From: Candidatus Nanohalobium sp.
GTDB lineage: Archaea; Nanohalarchaeota; Nanosalinia; Nanosalinales; Nanosalinaceae
Length of the DNA stretch: 19,626 bases
Reading direction: 5' to 3'
NCBI GenBank assembly: GCA_042217545.1
Contig: JBDGSM010000046.1
Coordinates: 1-19,626, forward strand
The notes beneath the pieces are model-generated. The model saw nothing but the letters and a program-made list of their open reading frames with translations. It did not search any database and was not told the origin of the DNA. The position numbers and the translations under genes were made by a program. Positions 7,531 through 15,176 of the stretch are shown in pieces; position 1 is the first letter of the stretch; each line of letters begins with the position of its first letter.

Positions 7531-8793
7531 CTAGTACTCTACTTCGGAGTCCCTGTAGAGAGGGAACTCCTCCAGAAGTTCCGATACTCTCTGGCTGTGT
7601 TCCTCCCTGATCCTGCTGTCTTCAGGGTTCTTCACGACCTCTCCGATCATCTCGCCGATATCCTCAAGCTCTTCCTCCTCCATGCCACGAGTAGTTAATG
7701 CTGGAGTCCCGATCCGGATACCTGAAGTAATACGCGGCGACTCAGGATCGTGAGGAACCATGTTCTTGTTAACGATGATATTAACATCTTCCAGAGCCTC
7801 CTCAGCTGCTTTACCAGAAATATCTTCCTCACGCAGGTCAACTAGAACCAGGTGGTTGTCAGTACCGCCTGAGACCATCCTGAGACCTTCGTTTCTGAGG
7901 CCTTCTGCCAGTGCTTTCGTATTTTTCTTGATCTGCTTTGCGTAATCCTTGAACTCGGGTTTCATCGCCTCTTTGAAGCAGACAGCTTTCCCTGCAATCT
8001 GATGCATGAGAGGGCCTCCCTGGGAGAACGGGAAGACCGCTGAATCCACATCGCTGGCGTATTCTTCTTTACACATTATCATGCCGCCTCTCGTGCCGCG
8101 AATAGACTTGTGAGTGGTAGTAGTGACGATATCGCACTCCGGGAACGGCGAGGGATGTTCCTCCGCGGCGACAAGGCCTGAGATATGGGCTATGTCGCAC
8201 ATCAGGATCGCATCGACTTCATCTGCTGCTTCTCTAAATGCTGAGAAGTCTATCTCCCTCGGATAGGCTGAGTACCCGCAGACGATCAGATCGGGGTCAT
8301 GCTCCTTCGCTGCCTCGATTATATCCTCTTTCTCGAACCTCTCCGTTTCATTGTTGATCCCGTATGTTTCGAAGTCGAAGAGCTCGCCGGAGAAGTTCAC
8401 ATGGTGTCCATGCGTCAGATGTCCTCCGTGGGAGAGCACAGGGCCCAGAATTTTGTCGCCAGCTTCCAGCACGGAGAAATACGCTGCGAAGTTCGCCTGG
8501 GAGCCGGAGTGTGGCTGGACGTTGACATGATCTGCACCGAAGATCTCCTTCGCCCGATCTCTTGCTAGATCCTCGATCTCGTCGTGGTACTGGCATCCTG
8601 CGTAGTATCTTTTACCTGGATAGCCTTCCGCGTACTTGTTCGTCAAAATGCTTCCCTGCGCCTGCAGAATCTGCCTGGGAACAAAGTTTTCCGATGCTAT
8701 CATCTCAAGGCCTTCCTTTTCCTGCCTGTGCATCTCGTTTTTCAGTGCTTCATGAACTTCCGGGTCTGCTTCAGAAAGATCCTGGTGCTCCAT
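7531..8793 (-). CDS. glyA: Serine hydroxymethyltransferase
   Basis: Motifs [51 protein letters not shown] (PLP Lys), [24 protein letters not shown]. Confidence 0.98.
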   Translation of the reverse strand: MEHQDLSEADPEVHEALKNEMHRQEKEGLEMIASENFVPRQILQAQGSILTNKYAEGYPGKRYYAGCQYHDEIEDLARDRAKEIFGADHVNVQPHSGSQANFAAYFSVLEAGDKILGPVLSHGGHLTHGHHVNFSGELFDFETYGINNETERFEKEDIIEAAKEHDPDLIVCGYSAYPREIDFSAFREAADEVDAILMCDIAHISGLVAAEEHPSPFPECDIVTTTTHKSIRGTRGGMIMCKEEYASDVDSAVFPFSQGGPLMHQIAGKAVCFKEAMKPEFKDYAKQIKKNTKALAEGLRNEGLRMVSGGTDNHLVLVDLREEDISGKAAEEALEDVNIIVNKNMVPHDPESPRITSGIRIGTPALTTRGMEEEELEDIGEMIGEVVKNPEDSRIREEHSQRVSELLEEFPLYRDSEVEY

Positions 8794-8833
8794 ACATCAG
8801 AAAATCTCACGCAACTCCTACATAACTTACGAT

Positions 8834-9967
8834 TCAGTTCACGTCCTCAAGCACAAAACCCTCAGAGAAACCGCCTCTATCCTCTTTTTTCTCCTCTCTA
8901 ACTTCCTCTAACTTTTCACGCGAAAGGCCTTCATTTTCGATATAGGCGTCAACTACTTCCAGAAGATCGGCAAGCTCCTCGACATCCCTGTCTTCCTCAA
9001 ACTCTTCTGCTTCCTCCACGACTTTCTCCCCCAGGAACTTCTCCAGTTCAGCGCCTTCAACTTCACTGATCTTCGCTTCCTCACCGTTCTCCTCTATGAT
9101 CTCTGGAATCCTGTCACGAACAAGTTTCGGAAGCTCCTGCTGTTCTCTCCACTCCTGATGCGCCTTTTTCAGGCCTTCCCTGAGTTCGTCATGCATAGGA
9201 AGATCATCCAGCTTCGAAACTTCCACCCACCGGAAATCAGTGTGCTCATTCCCCAGCTCGATCTCGAGGCCTTCAGGTTCACAGAGAAACGTGGTCCCGA
9301 AGACCTGCTCCCCGCTGTCACGCATAAAGGTCCAGGAAGTAACAGGGTCCACGACTTCTGCCTCAAGGCCTGCCTCCTCCATTACTTCTCTTTTCAGGCC
9401 TTCCTGAGGTGTTTCCCCGTAGTCAAATCTTCCGCCGGGTACATCCCACAGGTTCTCCAGATGCGTCTCCTCTCCCGAACGCTTGATTACAAGAATTTTG
9501 CCTTTCCTGTCGACGATAACAGCTTTTCCAGCAGCTCTGAAAGTTTTTCTGTCCTCCAGGAACTTTCTGAACGCTTTCTCAAGGCCTCCTATCAACTCGT
9601 ACTCTGTAAACTCTTCAGGCCTTATCCAGGCGAATTCATCGTGATCACTGGAAAGCTGGGCTTCTGAGGTCCCTGTTCTCGCTCTAAAGTAGGTTCCTAC
9701 TATCTGCCATTTCTCCCCTTTCACTTCAGGCCTCCACTCGTCCGTGAAGAACGGTTCCCCGGTCTCTGCTTCAAGGCCTGTTTCTTCCAGCATCTCTCTT
9801 TCCAGGCTCTCCCTGAAATGCTGCCCTGGTTCGATCCTTCCTCCAGGAACATCCCATTTTCCGGCGTTAGCTCCTTCTTCGTACTCGGCGGACTCTTTAA
9901 GCAGCAGAACTTCCCCTTCCTGGTTTTCCACGAAGGCCTTGGTCGCTGTAAAGGTTTTATCTGTCAT
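8834..9967 (-). CDS. Nudix-Nudix-MazG-like (all-alpha NTP pyrophosphatase) fusion protein
   Basis: Two Nudix boxes, WDVPGGRIEPGQ..REMLEETGL and WDVPGGRFDYGE..REVMEEAGL. The C-terminal part KLVRDRIPEII..KVVEEAEEF..EELADLLEVV..K...RGGF is typical of the COG4997 house-cleaning NTP-PPase. Confidence 0.9.
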   Translation of the reverse strand: MTDKTFTATKAFVENQEGEVLLLKESAEYEEGANAGKWDVPGGRIEPGQHFRESLEREMLEETGLEAETGEPFFTDEWRPEVKGEKWQIVGTYFRARTGTSEAQLSSDHDEFAWIRPEEFTEYELIGGLEKAFRKFLEDRKTFRAAGKAVIVDRKGKILVIKRSGEETHLENLWDVPGGRFDYGETPQEGLKREVMEEAGLEAEVVDPVTSWTFMRDSGEQVFGTTFLCEPEGLEIELGNEHTDFRWVEVSKLDDLPMHDELREGLKKAHQEWREQQELPKLVRDRIPEIIEENGEEAKISEVEGAELEKFLGEKVVEEAEEFEEDRDVEELADLLEVVDAYIENEGLSREKLEEVREEKKEDRGGFSEGFVLEDVN

Positions 9968-9970
9968 TTT

Positions 9971-10615
9971 CTATCTGTCTCCGAGCATTTCGATTATGAT
10001 CTGCAGTATCTCGACGAATACTCCCATGTAGGCGATGTAGATGCCGATAGCGTTCATAATTACTCTTCCAGGCCTCTTTTTCATCCTCCAGAGTTCGTAG
10101 ACGAGGTATACGAGGAATCCTGCCAGTACGAGGATGAATGTTAACAAGAGCAACGGTGTGAGAGCACTGCCTATAAGGCCTGTTACGAATGCGGAGATGA
10201 AGAGGTAGTTAGAGTATTTTCCCCATTTTCTGAAGCTCCTGCTCGTTCCGTAGACCAGTAGCGCTGCTGCTACAGCTATAACTGTCGTGACCACGGCGGT
10301 TATCCCCAGTACGATCGGGAAAAATCTTGGCGGGACGAAGGAGAGGATTCCACCTCCGAACACTCCGTATGTGAGCTGGAGCAGCGTGAGTCCCAGGCCT
10401 GCGAGGCCTGTGTGGTCCTGCTTCATCCCTTTTTTGGCCAGGGATCTTCCCAGTGCTAGGCCTGCCCCGAAGATTATCATGCCGATTATAGGTACAGTGA
10501 ACAGAAGGCCTGTGATGCCTGCGAGTGGTGTTACTGCTACTACAGCCATTACTGCGATATTGAGTAGTATAAGGCCTGTGCTGAGCGCGATGCTTTTCAG
10601 TTCGTTTGAGTTCAT
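9971..10615 (-). CDS. Bax inhibitor-1/YccA (TMBIM)-like membrane protein
   Basis: About 7 TM segments. The C-terminal LVYE...AIGIYIAYMGVFVEILQII pattern parallels the BI-1 'ilYD...Al.LYlDfinlF..lL.il' motif. Confidence 0.6.
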   Translation of the reverse strand: MNSNELKSIALSTGLILLNIAVMAVVAVTPLAGITGLLFTVPIIGMIIFGAGLALGRSLAKKGMKQDHTGLAGLGLTLLQLTYGVFGGGILSFVPPRFFPIVLGITAVVTTVIAVAAALLVYGTSRSFRKWGKYSNYLFISAFVTGLIGSALTPLLLLTFILVLAGFLVYLVYELWRMKKRPGRVIMNAIGIYIAYMGVFVEILQIIIEMLGDR

Positions 10616-10685
10616 ACCTGGGACCTGGAAGGTGATCTTTTAGTCTCTGGTGGGGTTGAAAAACTTTCGCTGCGAAGACTTGGGT

Positions 10686-11423
10686 ATGAGTCAGGGTTTT
10701 GAAGGCCTCTTCGTTGTGATAGAGGGGCCTGATGCTTCCGGGAAACAGACACAGGCCGCGAAAACAGTGCAATGGCTCCGGGATCAGGAAGTCAGCGGTA
10801 TCTCGGAGGAGGCTGAAAAGGAGATACTTGATAGGATGCCGGGGAGGTATCCTGCGCCCGGGGAAGATGAGCGGGTAGAGGACTCGATCAGGAGAGGTGT
10901 CTGGAGGCTGTCCTTCCCTACATACAAACAGACTCCTGGAGGACGTGTCGTTGATGCATACCTCAGCGGGAGGTTTGGCGACAGGGAAAATCTTTCTGTC
11001 GAGGAGATAGTTGATATCTTCGCCGCGGACAGGAAACAGTTCAAGGAACTTATCCGTGAATACCTTAAGAAAGGAGGCGTAGTGGTATGTGACAGGTACA
11101 GGGAAGCCAATCTTATCCACCAGCTCGTCGACTACGAAGCCCGGGAATGGGAGGAAAAGCTGCAGGATATCAAAAGTGTCGACAAAGATCTTCCCGATGC
11201 CGATGAAATATTTTACCTCGATATAAGTCCTGAAGAAGCTATAGAACGTATTTCAGATAAGGAAAAAGATATACACGAGCTTGACGACAGCTACATGAAG
11301 AAATCGAATATGAACGGGAAAAAGGTCGCCGAACACGAGAATTGGCAGATTATCGACGCGGAAGGTACAAGGAAAGAAGTTCAGGAAAAAGTCAGGGAGC
11401 ATATAAGAGATTTTAAGGGCTGA
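10686..11423 (+). CDS. tmk: Thymidylate (dTMP) kinase
   Basis: P-loop VIEGPDASGKQTQ, SFPTY, FAADR, VVCDRY, FYLDISPEEA, DIHE, IIDA. An extra ~35-aa segment follows the first helix. ATG at 10686 chosen. Confidence 0.9.
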   Translation: MSQGFEGLFVVIEGPDASGKQTQAAKTVQWLRDQEVSGISEEAEKEILDRMPGRYPAPGEDERVEDSIRRGVWRLSFPTYKQTPGGRVVDAYLSGRFGDRENLSVEEIVDIFAADRKQFKELIREYLKKGGVVVCDRYREANLIHQLVDYEAREWEEKLQDIKSVDKDLPDADEIFYLDISPEEAIERISDKEKDIHELDDSYMKKSNMNGKKVAEHENWQIIDAEGTRKEVQEKVREHIRDFKG

Positions 11424-11512
11424 AGGCCTCGGAAAAAAACATTTTCTGTACCAATCATGCCTTCAAAGTGGCAAATTCTTTTTATATGAGGTAAGACCTC
11501 TTGTAATTGACG

Positions 11513-12082
11513 ATGAGCGAGGAAGACAACGTCGAAGAGACGAAGTCAGGGGTCAGGAAGAAAGGTGACTGGGATGAGATCTCAGAGTTCGCCGAAAAAG
11601 CAGAGAAAGTTATGGAAGACTCCGAAGTCGAAGATGAATCGGTCGAAAGATTCGGCCGCTGGAGGCCTCGTGAAGGAGAAGACAAGAAAGACGTCAAGGA
11701 AAAAACAGTTGAAGAAGCCCAGTTACCTGAAAACAACCTGGAGAAGGAAAGCAAAGGTGTGAAGGAGGATATAGGTGAGGCCTCAGAGAAAGCAGTAGAG
11801 GCAGGGAAGAAACTTAAGGAAGGACAGAATCCGGGGAAAGATGTCAAGGAAGCATCCCAGGGGTTTGTAAGGCCTTTCTATTCCAAGTTTGCGGAGAAGT
11901 TCAGAGGTTTTGAAAGCTTTGTTTATCGGAATTTCATGCTCAGGTTTAATCCTTACTATTTTGATTCCAGCGATGTATCTGCTGATATCTCCGAAGGAAA
12001 AAACGGTTATGAAATAAATCTCAACGTTTCTGAGGATGACACGCGTGGAAAACTGAAAGAAGAGTTTGAAGCTGGCAAATAA
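11513..12082 (+). CDS. DUF5828-like haloarchaeal protein
   Basis: Motifs SG...GDW, WRP, DVKEKTVEEA, VYRNFM..FNPYYFD..VSA, EINLN match my recollection of this haloarchaeal family. Its stop overlaps the next start (TAATG). Confidence 0.7.
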   Translation: MSEEDNVEETKSGVRKKGDWDEISEFAEKAEKVMEDSEVEDESVERFGRWRPREGEDKKDVKEKTVEEAQLPENNLEKESKGVKEDIGEASEKAVEAGKKLKEGQNPGKDVKEASQGFVRPFYSKFAEKFRGFESFVYRNFMLRFNPYYFDSSDVSADISEGKNGYEINLNVSEDDTRGKLKEEFEAGK

Positions 12083-13008
12083 TGATACTTACTGCACTCG
12101 CATTGATTGCTGCAGTTTTCATGGGTATATCGATAGGAGCTTCAAGTGTTGCCCCGGCTTTCGGTCCTGTAAACTCTTCTGGGTCCATAAATGTTCTCCG
12201 TTCGGCACTTATCGCAGGTATATTCGCCTTTATCGGCGCGGTAACTCAGGGCGGCAAAGTTGCAAACACCGTAGGGTCTGGCATACTTACAGGACCTATT
12301 TCAATGGAGCAAGGCGCTGTAATACTTCTTGTAGCGGCAGGCCTTGTCATAGTAAGCGTTCTAACAGATTATCCGATGCCTACAGCTTTTACAGTTATTG
12401 GTGCTGTCATAGGAAGCAGTTTTGCCTTTGGCAACAGTGTTGTTTGGGGTTTGATCCATGAGATAATCGGTTTCTGGCTTCTGGTCCCGTTCGTCGCTGT
12501 TTTACTCGGCTACGTCTTTGCAAGACTGCTCAGAAAGTTCATACCCGATGAGGCGAAGGATAAGGTCAGGAAACTTCTTATGGTGACCGGAGGCTACCTC
12601 GCTTACTCGGCAGGCGCATCGGCAGTAGGCCTTGCGGTTGGACCTCTATCCGCCATTCAGACACCTGTGATCCTTTTACTGGTATTTGGAGGCCTTTCAA
12701 TACTTGTAGGGGCCTGGATGTACTCTCCCAGGATTATAAAGGCTATCTCGTACGATTACTCCAGTATAGGGCCTCGGAGAAGTGTTGCAGCCCTTGCGAC
12801 TGCGGGTATAATGGCGCAGATAGGAGTGCTGTTCGGCATACCGATATCGTTTAACGAAGCAGTTATTGCGTCAGTCATTGGTTCAGGCCTTGTCGAGGGA
12901 AAGGAGAATGCGGATTTGAAAAAGATTTCATTCACTGCCGCTGCCTGGATCGGCGCCTTCCTTCTCGCAGGCCTTCTGACGTATGTAGCGGGCATCCTGA
13001 TCTTTTAG
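12082..13008 (+). CDS. PiT/PHO4-family anion (phosphate) transporter with variant signature
   Basis: Inverted-repeat membrane protein with GISIGASSVAPAFG, FAFIGA, G.KVANTVG, P.PT...IGAVIG, AGASAVG.AVG, GIPISFN..VIASVIGSG, W. Confidence 0.85.
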   Translation: MILTALALIAAVFMGISIGASSVAPAFGPVNSSGSINVLRSALIAGIFAFIGAVTQGGKVANTVGSGILTGPISMEQGAVILLVAAGLVIVSVLTDYPMPTAFTVIGAVIGSSFAFGNSVVWGLIHEIIGFWLLVPFVAVLLGYVFARLLRKFIPDEAKDKVRKLLMVTGGYLAYSAGASAVGLAVGPLSAIQTPVILLLVFGGLSILVGAWMYSPRIIKAISYDYSSIGPRRSVAALATAGIMAQIGVLFGIPISFNEAVIASVIGSGLVEGKENADLKKISFTAAAWIGAFLLAGLLTYVAGILIF

Positions 13009-13046
13009 GGGGGTAAGCTAAAAAGCTTTACCGGAAATTTCCTGGT

Positions 13047-13694
13047 ATGCTCCCGGAGGAAGATGTCGAGGCCCTGAAGGAAAAGCTGGAGGAGGTTTTC
13101 TCTGATTACTACGAGCTTGCGGGAGGTAAGAACTTCCGGTATCATCACCTTGTGAGGACGCATCGCTATGTGAAGAAGATGATGGAGCGTGAGGAGCTTG
13201 AAGGCCTTGACTTCGATCCTGACGTGGTGGAGGTTGCGGCTCTTTTCCACGATATCGGGAGGAAAGCAGATATCGAGGACGGTTATCTCGATCCGATGGA
13301 TGAGAACAGGGAGCACGCTCCGAGAGGAGCTGATATGGTTTCCGGTTATGTTGAAGGCTTTCTCAGCGAGGATCAGGTAGAGAAAGTTGAAGAGGTTATC
13401 CGCAACCATCATTCCGAGGCGGAGACAGTTGAGGGGATGATTGTTCAGGACTGTGACGCGCTTTCGAATTTCGGGGTTAACAATCTCTGGCGGATGATCC
13501 ATTACAGTGCGGAGAAGGAAAGAACGATCGAGGAAAGTTTTGATTACTTCTGGGATCAGGCCCTGGATCAGTACCGCAGGAAACTTCAGGGTTTCAACCT
13601 TGAAGCCTCGAGGATGGTTGCGAAGAAGAGGATCGTGAAGCATCAGGAAGCGATGCTGGAGATGGAAGAGGAAGTCCGCGGAGACGACATCTGA
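13047..13694 (+). CDS. HD-domain metal-dependent phosphohydrolase
   Basis: H..R (YHHLVR), AALFHDIG, EHAPRGA, IRNHH, VQDCDAL. Confidence 0.9.
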   Translation: MLPEEDVEALKEKLEEVFSDYYELAGGKNFRYHHLVRTHRYVKKMMEREELEGLDFDPDVVEVAALFHDIGRKADIEDGYLDPMDENREHAPRGADMVSGYVEGFLSEDQVEKVEEVIRNHHSEAETVEGMIVQDCDALSNFGVNNLWRMIHYSAEKERTIEESFDYFWDQALDQYRRKLQGFNLEASRMVAKKRIVKHQEAMLEMEEEVRGDDI

Positions 13695-13729
13695 GAAACT
13701 CTTTTCAACAAGGCCGGGTAATTTCCAGT

Positions 13730-14431
13730 ATGGATTCTGAAAAGGCGAAGAAGTTCGAAAGGCACAGGAAGGAGATGGAGAAGATGGCCTTCCTGAACGT
13801 CACAGTCATCCTCCTGTATCTTGCAGGCATAGGCCTTTACCTTGGAGGTTTCAAGAACCAGTTCCTCTTGCTGCTTCTGGCGGCTCCGCCTACTGTGATT
13901 GTCAGCGGCATGTTCGTACTGGCCATAATCTTTCTCTGGGCGTTGCCCGTTATGCATTACCGGGAGGAGAGAAGAGCAGTTACGAACAAGGACATGGATT
14001 ACTACCGGGGGAGAGATCTGGCCGATGAGCCGACGATCGAAATACTTGAAGAACAGGGCTGGAAGGAAGTTGACTCCGAAAACAACCGCGTGGTGTTGGA
14101 AACCTTCGTAAGCCCGTTCCACAGACTTATAGGCAGGAAGACAACGCTGATAATGGAGAAAGAGGAGGAAGGTGAAAACTCGGAGACCTACATCCTTAAA
14201 ACAAGGAAGAACGAGATCAACAGGACAAAGACAACATACCACGAGAGAAACGGAGAAACCATAATAACGGAAACCACGGTCTCACTTGATAGAGTATCCC
14301 CGATCTACCTGGAGATCACAATGTTCCTCGAACCAGACATAGAAGACCTTATAGAGGACCTCTCTGAAGAAGACCTTAAAGTAACTGATGAACACGTCGA
14401 TGTCGGCATCAGGAGATATGAACTCGAATAA
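13730..14431 (+). CDS. Hypothetical membrane protein (two N-terminal TM segments, acidic soluble C-terminus)
   Basis: 233-aa ORF with halophile-like composition. No recognisable motif. Confidence 0.7.
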   Translation: MDSEKAKKFERHRKEMEKMAFLNVTVILLYLAGIGLYLGGFKNQFLLLLLAAPPTVIVSGMFVLAIIFLWALPVMHYREERRAVTNKDMDYYRGRDLADEPTIEILEEQGWKEVDSENNRVVLETFVSPFHRLIGRKTTLIMEKEEEGENSETYILKTRKNEINRTKTTYHERNGETIITETTVSLDRVSPIYLEITMFLEPDIEDLIEDLSEEDLKVTDEHVDVGIRRYELE

Positions 14432-14508
14432 TATTACCGGATAACCTGCAGAAGGCCTTTAGAAACGCTCAGATGGTATCTGGAAAAAATTAAAGGGGGA
14501 GAAAGTTG

Positions 14509-14598
14509 TCAGTCTTCTTTGTTTTCCAGCATGCTAAGCGGTATGTACATCGCGATGAAGGTCGCTACTAGTATCGTTATGAAAAAACCTGTATTCAT
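14509..14598 (-). CDS. 29-aa single-TM small protein
   Basis: MNTGFFITILVATFIAMYIPLSMLENKED*. GAGGTGA SD lies just upstream, there is an ATGA overlap with the upstream ORF stop, and a T-rich tract follows. Absent from the ORF track, presumably too short. Confidence 0.6.
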   Translation of the reverse strand: MNTGFFITILVATFIAMYIPLSMLENKED

Positions 14599-14759
14599 CT
14601 TTTCACCTCATGGAGACTCCTTCCTAATCTCTGATTAGGTAGTGGGTAGTTGACGTCGATAGCAGGAAGCCCTAGCACCAACCTGTGAAGTATATATACA
14701 ACTGTCACCGCTATAGCACCTATAAAACTTATCTCGCCGGGATTCATAGAATTTGCCAT
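14595..14759 (-). CDS. 54-aa small protein with one hydrophobic segment
   Basis: MANSMNPGEISFIGAIAVTVVYILHRLVLGLPAIDVNYPLPNQRLGRSLHEVKR*. GGGAG lies upstream of the ATG at 14759, with TATA-like TTATAAA at ~14791-14797. Confidence 0.45.
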   Translation of the reverse strand: MANSMNPGEISFIGAIAVTVVYILHRLVLGLPAIDVNYPLPNQRLGRSLHEVKR

Positions 14760-14883
14760 TGTTATCTCCCACTTAAACATTACAAGTCACTTTATAACTC
14801 GATTATTACAATCCTCGATAACATTGAAGCCTAACACAACTCAAAAACTATCAAAAAACATAGATAAATCCGTAAAGGCCTTC

Positions 14884-14899
14884 AAAAAAACAAGAAAAA
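14884..14899 (-). terminator. Archaeal oligo-T terminator of tRNA-Pro
   Basis: TTTTTCTTGTTTTTTT on the minus strand, immediately 3' of the tRNA. Confidence 0.7.
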
Positions 14900-14900
14900 G

Positions 14901-14973
14901 TGGCAGGGCCGAGATTTGAACTCGGGTCTACACGCCCCCAGCGTGCAATGATGGTCCACTACACTACCCCGCC
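14901..14973 (-). tRNA. tRNA-Pro(GGG), no intron, CCA not encoded
   Basis: Sequence GGCGGGGTAGTGTAGTGGACCATCATTGCACGCTGGGGGCGTGTAGACCCGAGTTCAAATCTCGGCCCTGCCA. Acceptor GGCGGGG/CCCTGCC, anticodon arm GCACG-CT[GGG]GG-CGTGT, T arm CCGAG-TTCAAAT-CTCGG, discriminator A. Confidence 0.95.
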
Positions 14974-15113
14974 GAAAATCGGAGATTTTCTGTGGGCACA
15001 GAAACTCCTGAAGGAGTTTCGCACCCCGCCAATTCCCGTAGCAATTGGGAGTACGAAGGGCTCCAGCAGGTGCCGGAGCTGCACGCAAGAATCCATGCTG
15101 CGCATGGCTTGCG
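14974..15113 (-). repeat. Array of abutting/overlapping short inverted repeats directly upstream of tRNA-Pro (possible structured leader or ncRNA)
   Basis: Stems at 14974-14990, 14987-15004, 15001-15020, 15029-15048, 15060-15079 and 15084-15113. Mismatches resolve as G-U pairs on the minus strand. Confidence 0.75.
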
Positions 15114-15176
15114 AATAGACATGCAGTACAGTTTAGGCCTTGTGCTGAGAAATTTTAAACCTGAACTTTCAGGTCT

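Noticed and set aside
14432..14901. Integrated element at the tRNA-Pro 3' end
   Set aside because: No integrase or transposase, and no duplicate of the tRNA 3' end seen in the window.
14974..15113. CRISPR array, SRP RNA, RNase P RNA, 5S rRNA or hammerhead ribozyme
   Set aside because: The hairpins differ in sequence, with no repeat-spacer periodicity. I could not find the SRP helix-8 motif, RNase P conserved regions, 5S signature or CUGANGA core.
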